32,000 nucleotides of DNA from Candidatus Woesearchaeota archaeon (GTDB lineage Archaea; Nanobdellota; Nanobdellia; Woesearchaeales; ARS49): assembly GCA_018302815.1 (NCBI GenBank), contig JAGVZE010000017.1, positions 1,783-33,782 of the forward strand. Reading direction: 5' to 3'. A model generated the notes under the pieces. That model had not been told where the DNA came from and ran no database searches. It saw nothing but the letters and a program-made list of their open reading frames with translations. Shown piece after piece: positions 8,965 to 16,148 of this stretch (position 1 is the stretch's first letter; each line of letters begins with the position of its first letter). The position numbers and the translations under genes are program-made.

Positions 8965-10047
8965 TCAAGCAGTCCTGCTCAACTTTCTAAGATGCATGAA
9001 CGTTTGGATATGCTCAATTGTGCTCTTGCTCGCGCCAGCGGATTTGTTCTTATCCTCATACATCAAGTCATCAGCTCTCTTTGCGATAGCGTCGAACTCC
9101 TGCGCATACTGCGGTTCATTCCAGCCCCGCAACTCTTCAGGCAAGCGAGCATAAAATAATGAGTGCCCAACATTAATCCTGAATCGAATGAATTCATCTT
9201 CCGGTTCGAACACCTTGAACCCATCAGGTTTCAAAGCAGAAGGGTCATAAAAAGGATTCCGGATCCTGATAGCGTCAACTTTCTCTTTAATCTTATCTTC
9301 CATTGATTTTGCCGCATCTTCATTCGATAAGTAATGAGCGACAGTCACGAACTCCTCTCCGCCAGCGCGGTACACCGGGTCTTTATCCCGAATCGCGGAC
9401 TTAATCGCCTTACCAACTTCCTTTAAAACCAAATCCCCGAACGGATGGCCGAACGTGTCGTTTATGCGCTTGAACTTACGCATGTCCATAAAGAAAATCG
9501 CGGAATATTTCCCTTGCGCGTAATCCTGCGCCGCCTGTTTCACGTGAACATGCTTTTGAGCGACGTATTCGGCCTGCGAATAAACGCCTATCTCTTTACT
9601 GAACAATCCATCATATTTTGCGGTATCCTTCGCGCGCTGCAATTCGCGCCTATCAATCTTATGCCTTCGCGTCGCGGTACAGTGCTTTTCCTGGACTGTT
9701 CGCAATTGATACCTGAGCCCTGACTCGTCTTCACGAAGCAGCCTTTTTAGATCATCATACTTAATATTGCGTGCCGCAATAATCGGAACCGGAATCGCAA
9801 GAGTTTGCCCATCAATATAGTTATTCCAGAATTCGTCGTCTGAAGCAAATTCATTCTGACAAACGATGATTTTGCGTTCATTTTCAATAGAAACATACGT
9901 GTATAAGAACGGCCCCTTATCATCCACTCTAAACGGAAGAAAATCTTTTGAGCCTATTGTGTAACATAACGCTTCAAGCGAAGGCAAGTCAATCTTATGG
10001 CACTGCGCTTCTCCTTTCGGTTCCAATGTCCAGACTTCGAGACTCAC
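8965..10047 (-). CDS. GGDEF-domain protein (putative diguanylate cyclase) with an unrecognised 180-aa N-terminal domain
   Basis: FFMDMRKFKRINDTFGHPFGDLVLKEVG, RDKD-PVYRA-GGEEF (I-site RxxD five residues before an intact GGEEF; 9349-9390), KRADDLMYEDKN. GTG start. Confidence 0.85.
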   Translation of the reverse strand: MSLEVWTLEPKGEAQCHKIDLPSLEALCYTIGSKDFLPFRVDDKGPFLYTYVSIENERKIIVCQNEFASDDEFWNNYIDGQTLAIPVPIIAARNIKYDDLKRLLREDESGLRYQLRTVQEKHCTATRRHKIDRRELQRAKDTAKYDGLFSKEIGVYSQAEYVAQKHVHVKQAAQDYAQGKYSAIFFMDMRKFKRINDTFGHPFGDLVLKEVGKAIKSAIRDKDPVYRAGGEEFVTVAHYLSNEDAAKSMEDKIKEKVDAIRIRNPFYDPSALKPDGFKVFEPEDEFIRFRINVGHSLFYARLPEELRGWNEPQYAQEFDAIAKRADDLMYEDKNKSAGASKSTIEHIQTFMHLRKLSRTA

Positions 10048-10241
10048 TGGTTTATTTTCCCCTCAATTCTGGACCCAAGCCTATTAGTAACACTTGCAAA
10101 CGTATCCTTCTTATCACTATGCATCTCACTCACATGACTTTTTTCCTGAATAGGCACAAAAGTATATAAGCTTTATCACTCTATACTATTTGTCATCAAA
10201 AGACCCATAATTTATAAAGTTTTGAGCCTTTCTTTATAATC

Positions 10242-11165
10242 ATGTATATTGACGCACTCATATTCATACTCGGCTGCGCCGCGCTCGTCAAAGCATCAGA
10301 ATACGCTGTAGAATCCATCGCTCATATCGCAAGAGCGTTTCGTATGACTGAATTCGTCACCAGCTTCATATTGGTGGCACTAATATCCGCACTCCCTGAA
10401 ACATTCATCAGCGTATTTTCCGCGCTAGAAGGAGACCCAAGCCTTGGCCTTGGAACTTTGCTCGGAAGCAACATCGCGGACTTGACATTAATATTAGGAC
10501 TTGTCGCGCTAGCGGGTCATCCTATCAGGATACAGAGCCACATAATCCAAAAAGACCTATACTTCGCAGCATTGACAATGCTTCCCATTATCTTGGGATT
10601 AGATGGGTTCTTAACACGGCTCGATGCGGTAATATTGCTGGTAGCAGGAACTTCTTTCATTTTCATCCTGCTCGAAGAGAGCATGTATTTTAGGAAACCA
10701 TACAACGATGGAAACCATTTCTACAAACAACTCGCGATATTCTTCTGCGCAGTCATAGTGCTGTTAGTTAGCGCGAACTTCATAGTTTCAAGCGCGGAAT
10801 CCCTTGCGATAGGCCTTGGCATTCCAACAGTCATGATAGGACTATTCCTAATAGCCCTTGGCACGACCCTTCCTGAATTCATTTTCAGCCTTCATAGCAT
10901 CAAAAAAGGGCACGCAGAACTTGCCATCGGCGACATATTGGGAGTCGTAGTTGTCGATGCGACACTTATCATCGGCATCACAGCGCTGGTCATGCCAATC
11001 GCAATCAACACATTCTTACTCTCGATGATAGGAATGTTCACCGCTTTCGCAGTCGTGTTCGCACTGCTGTTCATGCGTTCAGATGGAGTCCTAACAAAGA
11101 ACGAAGGAATGGCGCTGGTCTTGTTTTACGTCGCGTTTGTTGTCGTACAAATGTTAGTTGCGTGA
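10242..11165 (+). CDS. CaCA family cation/Ca2+ exchanger (YrbG-like)
   Basis: Two alpha-repeats, ALPETFISVF...GSNIADLTLILG and GTTLPEFIFSL...GDILGVVVVDATLIIG. About 10 TM segments. Confidence 0.85.
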   Translation: MYIDALIFILGCAALVKASEYAVESIAHIARAFRMTEFVTSFILVALISALPETFISVFSALEGDPSLGLGTLLGSNIADLTLILGLVALAGHPIRIQSHIIQKDLYFAALTMLPIILGLDGFLTRLDAVILLVAGTSFIFILLEESMYFRKPYNDGNHFYKQLAIFFCAVIVLLVSANFIVSSAESLAIGLGIPTVMIGLFLIALGTTLPEFIFSLHSIKKGHAELAIGDILGVVVVDATLIIGITALVMPIAINTFLLSMIGMFTAFAVVFALLFMRSDGVLTKNEGMALVLFYVAFVVVQMLVA

Positions 11166-12251
11166 CCAGAAAGAAATACCATTAGGCGCAACGCCAACAT
11201 GAATTGTCGCTAATACTGCGTCATTCTCAATCATTGAAACAGTATTGTCAAGAACATTTGTTACCCAAACTTTTCCATTCGGCGAAACCACAACACCGTG
11301 CGGAGCCGAACCAGACTCAATAGTGTCCACTCTTTCTCCCGATGAAACTGATACTTTGAAGACATTTGTTCCGACTGGCTTTCCCAATAAATTGCCCTGA
11401 TCTGCAACATAAATAAAGTTTCCATCAACTGAAGGGTAGAGTTGAACGGGCCCGGCATTGCCAAGCTTGAAACGGTCAAGCTTCCCTGATTTTACGTCAT
11501 ATCTTGCAAGCTCGTCCTTGTCAAAAACGGAAACGAAAACATAATCGCCGATTATCGCGGATTGCATGAGCATTCCAGAAACGTTCACACTTTTTATCGC
11601 ATTCGTATTCAAATCAACAATCAAAAGATTACCATCCATGCTGGCAATCGCGGCGAACCCATCGCCAAGCCTAAGACCATGAGGAGCAGAACCTTTCGGA
11701 AGACTTATCGAGGACACGCTCCAATCGGCAAAGCTTATTTTGAACAATTCATCAGTGTTGGTAGCGGTTATGTACGCAAATTTACCATCAGACACAACGT
11801 GAGCTAAATGAGCGCCAACACCAAGGTCAATGCGCTCCAATATGTCGTGGCTCTTCGCGTCGATTACGACCAACTGATCAAAATGCTCAGACGATTCTTC
11901 ATCGCCGTGAGCTGATGCCATAACCATTCCACTTGGCAAATTTGAGATGATGCCTGACAAGTCAGTATGACTGTTAGCTTCTGACTCTGCCTCTTCATGA
12001 GAACCTTCCTCGTGCTCATCGCCCGAGCCAGAATTCGAAGTCACTAAAACAAGATCACCTGACACTTGAACATTATGCGGAGCGTAATAAACCATCTCGC
12101 CATCATGCTCTGCTGCAAGCTTGACACGCTCGATTTCTACAAGTTTAACCGCATCGATAACACTAATAGAGCCGCCTTCCTCATTTGCCACAAAAATCTT
12201 TTCTGATACCGGTGAACAAGCGATTAGAAGTAATAGCAATAATCGTTTCAT
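11154..12251 (-). CDS. YVTN-type beta-propeller lipoprotein with His/Asp/Glu-rich insert
   Basis: Signal/lipobox MKRLLLLLLIAC. Repeats such as APHGVVVSPNGKVWVTNVLDNTVSMI and GVAPNGISF. Insert SGSGDEHEEGSHEEAESEANSH...HGDEESSEH. The track N-terminus (12252-12419) runs through tRNA-derived sequence and is discarded. TATA lies about 25 nt upstream of ATG 12251. Confidence 0.75.
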   Translation of the reverse strand: MKRLLLLLLIACSPVSEKIFVANEEGGSISVIDAVKLVEIERVKLAAEHDGEMVYYAPHNVQVSGDLVLVTSNSGSGDEHEEGSHEEAESEANSHTDLSGIISNLPSGMVMASAHGDEESSEHFDQLVVIDAKSHDILERIDLGVGAHLAHVVSDGKFAYITATNTDELFKISFADWSVSSISLPKGSAPHGLRLGDGFAAIASMDGNLLIVDLNTNAIKSVNVSGMLMQSAIIGDYVFVSVFDKDELARYDVKSGKLDRFKLGNAGPVQLYPSVDGNFIYVADQGNLLGKPVGTNVFKVSVSSGERVDTIESGSAPHGVVVSPNGKVWVTNVLDNTVSMIENDAVLATIHVGVAPNGISFWSRN

Positions 12252-12294
12252 AACTGCCAGAATCAGCCAGAACTTTAAAAAAGCTTTGGAACAA

Positions 12295-12411
12295 TGGCGC
12301 CGGCAGGTCTGAAAAACCCTGAGGGTTTTCCAGCCCATCAAAACCTGCTGTTTTGAGGATTCGAACTCTCGACACTTCGCTTGCGCTCGTGTCGGAAGTT
12401 CAAATCCTGCG
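12295..12411 (-). other. Orphan tRNA-Leu 3' segment E1: T arm plus 3' acceptor strand interrupted by about 40-nt and 51-nt inserts
   Basis: On the minus strand: CGCAGG [39-40 nt] GTTCGAAT [51 nt] CCTGCCGGCGCCA. The matching pieces are 12406-12411, 12359-12366 and 12295-12307. The first insert plus the T loop forms a 19-bp hairpin. The second insert contains the hairpin GAAAACCC-TCA-GGGTTTTTC. Confidence 0.6.
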
Positions 12412-12451
12412 TTGAACAATAAGTAGAATACGCTCTGCGTTAGCAGTGTTA

Positions 12452-12540
12452 TGGCGCCGGCAGGATTCGAACCTCAAACCAACTGCTGTTGGCTGGAGCT
12501 TCGAACCTGCGTGACTAGTCCTGTGAAGACACTTCGTGTT
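12452..12540 (-). other. Orphan tRNA-Leu 3' segment E2: variable arm to 3' end, with 14-nt and 34-nt inserts
   Basis: The 23 nt at 12452-12474 are identical to 12550-12572 of the intact gene. There is a 34-nt insert in the T loop (12475-12508, flanked by duplicated TTCGAACCT) and a 14-nt insert (12511-12524). GTGTCTTC matches the variable arm. No 5' acceptor strand is present. Confidence 0.6.
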
Positions 12541-12549
12541 GAAAACTTA

Positions 12550-12633
12550 TGGCGCCGGCAGGATTCGAACCTGCGAAGACACTAAGTCAGAGGATCTTAA
12601 GTCCCCCGCATTTGGCCGCTTTGCTACGGCGCC
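12550..12633 (-). tRNA. tRNA-Leu (anticodon UAA), type II, intron-less, no encoded CCA
   Basis: Manual fold: acceptor GGCGCCG/CGGCGCC, 3-bp D stem with loop AAGCGGCCAAA (archaeal Leu-like), anticodon stem GGGGA/TCCTC with loop CTTAAGA, 15-nt variable arm TGACTTAGTGTCTTC, T arm GCAGG-TTCGAAT-CCTGC, discriminator A. Confidence 0.85.
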
Positions 12634-12654
12634 GTAAGAGGAAAGCAAACGTGA

Positions 12655-12666
12655 CAATATTTAAAA
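12655..12666 (-). promoter_or_regulatory. TATA box of the intact tRNA-Leu
   Basis: Minus-strand TTTTAAATATTG ends about 22-24 nt upstream of tRNA position 1 (12633). Confidence 0.5.
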
Positions 12667-12687
12667 CTGCGCATCAGAACAGGCAAA

Positions 12688-12776
12688 TCTTAAGTCCCCG
12701 CATCTCAAAGAAGCCGTGCTTGTTTGAGAGCCAGAAATCCATAGATTTCTTGATTTGGCCGCTTTGCTACGGCGCC
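12688..12776 (-). other. tRNA-Leu 5' half X: acceptor to anticodon loop, with a 50-nt insert in the D loop, one G missing before the anticodon stem, and no contiguous 3' half
   Basis: 12754-12776 is identical (23 nt) to 12611-12633. The 50-nt insert (12704-12753) forms two hairpins. 12688-12703 reads ATGCGGGGACTTAAGA (anticodon loop CTTAAGA) and then diverges into the promoter of the next gene. Confidence 0.6.
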
Positions 12777-12973
12777 GCAAGACGAACTTTCAAACATCGG
12801 AAATCTTTTGCGCGGAATCCACTTGCTTTAGCTCGTGTGAGGCGCGCAAGGATTTCCGAGTGCGCTCAAGAACCACGCGTCACGTTTACTTGGCGTTATC
12901 ATTCCACGCCACCTTGCTTTAGCAGGTGGTTCTTGACAAGACGGTATTTAAATTTACTCCTATTTGACCATAT

Positions 12974-13339
12974 TTATCCAAACGGCCAGAAGATAGTCAT
13001 TGATTCATACCATTTCGTTTTTGGGGCCGCACTGCTAAGCTCTCTTGCACGCTCATTCACCATGTCCTCAAGCTCTTTTTCAGCGCGCCAAACTTTCGCG
13101 ACCATCCTTCCAACTTTTTTCAGGCGAAAGAATCCATCACATTCTTCCACGTACCTCATTCGTTTAAGCAGCTCAAAATCGTCGTCTGACGGGTACGCCA
13201 TATCGTACCCTTTTTCGCCAGCTTTTGATATCAAATCGTATAGTTCCTTGGAAGCCACATTCTCAGATTTTGTTCCTTGCTCCAGAAGGTAAATGGCTCT
13301 CAGAGTCCTTTTCTCAGGAGATTGATTCGCAGGGTACAT
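12974..13339 (-). CDS. Hypothetical protein (121 aa), co-transcribed with PadR
   Basis: Its start abuts and overlaps the PadR stop. No motif recognised. Confidence 0.55.
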   Translation of the reverse strand: MYPANQSPEKRTLRAIYLLEQGTKSENVASKELYDLISKAGEKGYDMAYPSDDDFELLKRMRYVEECDGFFRLKKVGRMVAKVWRAEKELEDMVNERARELSSAAPKTKWYESMTIFWPFG

Positions 13340-13635
13340 CAGTTCTCCTCAAAAACGTCAGCGAACATTTTCATGAATTTTCTTGTCGCGACCTCAAGCT
13401 CTTTTTTGCCTTTTTCGGTCAGCGAGTATTTCTTTTCTTTGGCGCCATCGGATGTCTCTTCTATAAGGGTGCTTTCCTTGAGATATTTGAGAACCGGATA
13501 GATTGTGCCAGCGCTTGGCTTACAGCCTTTGCGCTTCTCAAGCTCTTGGCGGATGTCTTCGCCAGAACTTGATTTTTTCTTTATGAGTCTAAGTACAAGA
13601 AAAGTCAAAAACCCCTTCATCTCGCACATCGTCAT
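13339..13635 (-). CDS. PadR family transcriptional regulator
   Basis: Winged-helix pattern FLTFLVLRLI...SGEDI...SAGTIYPVLKYLKE..LIEE...KKYSLTEKGKKEL. Confidence 0.85.
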   Translation of the reverse strand: MTMCEMKGFLTFLVLRLIKKKSSSGEDIRQELEKRKGCKPSAGTIYPVLKYLKESTLIEETSDGAKEKKYSLTEKGKKELEVATRKFMKMFADVFEEN

Positions 13636-13681
13636 GGTTTTGGTTAGCCTCTTTGGCTATTTATGCCTGCCTTTAATTATC

Positions 13682-13727
13682 TATCGGTTGTCCGATATAT
13701 TTATATATTTGTATCGGTTAACCGATA
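13682..13727. promoter_or_regulatory. Two 16-bp palindromic operators TATCGGTT-NN-CCGATA flanking a TATA-like box
   Basis: TATCGGTTGTCCGATA (13682-13697) and TATCGGTTAACCGATA (13712-13727), 30 bp centre to centre, with TTTATATATTT between them. They lie in the divergent padR / small-ORF intergenic region. Confidence 0.6.
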
Positions 13728-13753
13728 TTGCTCTGTTGAGCGGAGAAAAGAAC

Positions 13754-13906
13754 ATGAATGGATGCTGTGATGTGAAAAGCGGCTGCACAAACCGTAACTT
13801 CCTTACAAAGGAAGAGAAAGCAGAAATGCTAAACGAATACAAAGAAAGCCTTGAAAACGAACTCAAAGGAGTTGGCGAGCGCATAAAAGAGCTATCAAAG
13901 AATTGA
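13754..13906 (+). CDS. Small protein (50 aa): N-terminal Cys cluster plus coiled coil
   Basis: MNGCCDVKSGC... then LTKEEKAEMLNEYKESLENELKGVGERIKELSK. It is divergent from padR and followed by a T-rich terminator. Confidence 0.5.
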   Translation: MNGCCDVKSGCTNRNFLTKEEKAEMLNEYKESLENELKGVGERIKELSKN

Positions 13907-13968
13907 TTTTTCTTTTTTTTAGTTATATTTTTATAATCTTTGCCCTTTCAAAGCGCTAAAAGGGGAAA

Positions 13969-14610
13969 ATGGAATACCGAATAAACATTAAAAAGAAGCA
14001 CGCATACCTTCTCGCGCTAATGTCCGCATTAGTAATAACAACGCTTCTTGTCAACGCATTCGGCGGCAACAATCCATTAGTATTGGGGCACAGCGCGGGA
14101 GAGCTCATAGTTGACGGTACAAGCGTCACTGCGGACAGCCTCAATGGAACACAAATAAACGAATCGGCGCTAAACTGCAGCGCAATAACCGGCAACACAT
14201 CGCTTTGCGACTCACGAGACGATGGAGGGCTAAACTGCACCACAACAGTTGCGAGCATAAGTCCAACAGCAATCGCGCTTCCTGATTCCTGCGTTGGGCG
14301 CGAAGGAACCTGCACGATATCCGTAATGAGCACAACCTCAGCAAGCCCGCTCACCCGAGCGACAGCGAGCTACGGGCGAGTCGGAACGACCTCCGGTGGA
14401 TTTTGGATAGCGACAGTGTCTGAAACCAATGGCACAACTCCGACAGTTACGACAAGAGTCGGAGAACAAGGCGGAACTTACGAGAACATAATCACGATAA
14501 ACCGAAGCATCCTTAACATAACTGACGACTTCCCGGGATTCGAGACAATCGAACGCAATGTCACAGCGGACTTTAGCGGCCAGCAATGGAGAATAGGCGT
14601 TTGCGGTTAA
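13969..14610 (+). CDS. Membrane-anchored/secreted protein rich in N-glycosylation sequons
   Basis: N-terminal hydrophobic helix AYLLALMSALVITTLLV, then a GHSAGELIV motif, about nine N-x-S/T sequons, and several Cys. Confidence 0.6.
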   Translation: MEYRINIKKKHAYLLALMSALVITTLLVNAFGGNNPLVLGHSAGELIVDGTSVTADSLNGTQINESALNCSAITGNTSLCDSRDDGGLNCTTTVASISPTAIALPDSCVGREGTCTISVMSTTSASPLTRATASYGRVGTTSGGFWIATVSETNGTTPTVTTRVGEQGGTYENIITINRSILNITDDFPGFETIERNVTADFSGQQWRIGVCG

Positions 14611-15425
14611 TACCCTAAAATCCCTGCCAAATACTTCTTCGCGTCATCGACATCTTTGTAGAGCGCAGAGGCAAGGGTTCGCTTCCAATTCTCCTCGCCA
14701 TCTTTACCTTCAATAATCGTCTTCGCGGTATTGAACGCTTCGTTTTTCATCTTAGCGAGTGTGGCTGTGAACGGGTCATCGCCTCCAAGCTCGCGGCCCT
14801 TGTAACCTTGCAGTTCAGGAACTTCAAAATCCTCTTTTGTCTGCTGCTCGATGTAATCATCCACTTTGAATTCAGCATCTTTCTTCTTGTGCTTCTCTTC
14901 CGCAGCGCGCTCTTCTCTTGCATTATCAAGCGCTTTTTCAAGAGGAGACTTGCCGCCCTTGCTTGTTTTCTTGTCAAGAGGGTCCTCTTCTTCGTTAAGC
15001 AAAGTGTACTGGAGCTGGGAGTCCTTGGCTGAAGAATAGTCAGCCAGAATGTCATCAAGATCATAACTGCTATCTTTAGAACGGATGTGAAGCATAGCGA
15101 ACGAGTGCTCTATGATGCGCCCCACGTGGATTTTTTCAGGACGCTCTTTCGACGTCTTGAATTTAGGATTGTGAACCTCATGATAGACCCTGCCCAATAC
15201 GCGCCCTATTTGATAGTCATCAGGAATAGCAGCATCGCTTAAGCGAATCTCCAAATCCAAATGCGGTTTATCCTTTGCGCCGAACACGAACGTCAACGCC
15301 TCAAACTGGTCAGGACGCAAAGCGAAATCAACCTCGTTTTCATTCAAGAAATCATTAAAATTGCTCAAAGCCAAGCGCACACTATCAACAATATATGTTT
15401 GTTTCGCGTCCACATCAACCACCAC
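14607..15425 (-). CDS. Hypothetical acidic protein (272 aa)
   Basis: Long ORF with a GTG start. Its 3' end overlaps the previous gene's 3' end by 4 nt. No motif recognised. Confidence 0.55.
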   Translation of the reverse strand: MVVDVDAKQTYIVDSVRLALSNFNDFLNENEVDFALRPDQFEALTFVFGAKDKPHLDLEIRLSDAAIPDDYQIGRVLGRVYHEVHNPKFKTSKERPEKIHVGRIIEHSFAMLHIRSKDSSYDLDDILADYSSAKDSQLQYTLLNEEEDPLDKKTSKGGKSPLEKALDNAREERAAEEKHKKKDAEFKVDDYIEQQTKEDFEVPELQGYKGRELGGDDPFTATLAKMKNEAFNTAKTIIEGKDGEENWKRTLASALYKDVDDAKKYLAGILGY

Positions 15426-15514
15426 TTGTAAAGTCTATTTTATGCCGTTCTTGCACAATACACGATTTCTCGAACTCCTATTTAAACGTAATGACCTGCT
15501 TTTTAAACAAATAA

Positions 15515-16039
15515 TCAGAATCTGAACCCAAAACCAAACAAAAACAAATGCGAATCAATGCCCCTGTTAGGACTATCTCTTGTTCCACCGTGCGAAATGT
15601 GCATATATCTATAGCCCAGCTGAAGAAATACGCCATCATCTTGAATCCTCGCGCCAAAACCGCCCTGGTCTAAAAAGTTGAAACCCGCGTGCCCCTGCTC
15701 TCTTGTTCGCATATCAAGATAACCAGGGCCAGCTCCAGCCTCCGCGTAAACGCTAACATTGCCAAACGGATACTCATATCTTCCCATCGGAGTCGCCCCG
15801 CGCATAGAACCGCGTTCATCGCCATGAAATTCATAATCAAACGCCTCCACCGATAAGTGGAGATTGCCATGATTTTCATCAAGTCCAATATACTCGTTGA
15901 CATCCTTGCCGATACGCACGCTGAAAGGAGTTATTTCCTGATCGTTGAACCTGCCATATCCTGTCGAGACTCCCATCTCTAAACCAGAACAACCAGCGAG
16001 CGAAACGGCCAACACGGAGCCTAGGAGTTTATTCAGCAC
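15515..16039 (-). CDS. PagL-like acyloxyacyl hydrolase beta-barrel with lipobox signal
   Basis: C-terminal LQLGYRYMHISHGGTRDSPNRGIDSHLFLFGFGFRF (H-x-S catalytic-type motif, aromatic C-terminus). Signal LNKLLGSVLAVSLAGC. The GTG at 16039 is chosen because TTTATATA is centred about 27 nt upstream. Confidence 0.6.
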   Translation of the reverse strand: MLNKLLGSVLAVSLAGCSGLEMGVSTGYGRFNDQEITPFSVRIGKDVNEYIGLDENHGNLHLSVEAFDYEFHGDERGSMRGATPMGRYEYPFGNVSVYAEAGAGPGYLDMRTREQGHAGFNFLDQGGFGARIQDDGVFLQLGYRYMHISHGGTRDSPNRGIDSHLFLFGFGFRF

Positions 16040-16148
16040 TAAAATTCTTACGCTTCCAGAAGTATATAAATCTGAAGACACATTTTTTTCGAACTTTACT
16101 TCACATGCGTCGCAACATTCATAAATGCGCACGCGCTTGACAACACAC

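Noticed and set aside
12252-12419. N-terminal 56 codons of the 421-aa minus-strand ORF
   Set aside because: This part is translated from tRNA-derived fragment E1. A clean lipoprotein signal begins at the ATG at 12251, with a TATA box about 25 nt upstream.
12611-12688. X and the intact tRNA-Leu sharing one 3' half, with the intact 5' half acting as a giant intron
   Set aside because: Both 5' halves carry the same UAA anticodon, so sharing would yield no new isoacceptor. A TATA box for the intact gene lies between them. X also has a 1-nt deletion.
12295-12776. CRISPR array, or simple tandem repeat, in the tRNA-Leu region
   Set aside because: The repeated units are tRNA pieces of different extent (13, 23 and 23 nt) with irregular spacing. 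There is no constant repeat/spacer alternation, and no CRISPR-like array occurs elsewhere in the window.
12549-13292. 247-aa plus-strand ORF from the track
   Set aside because: It starts inside the antisense of tRNA-Leu, runs through the tRNA fragments and non-coding repeats, and then lies antisense to the 12974-13339 gene. Its composition is Arg/Ser/Phe-rich and not protein-like.
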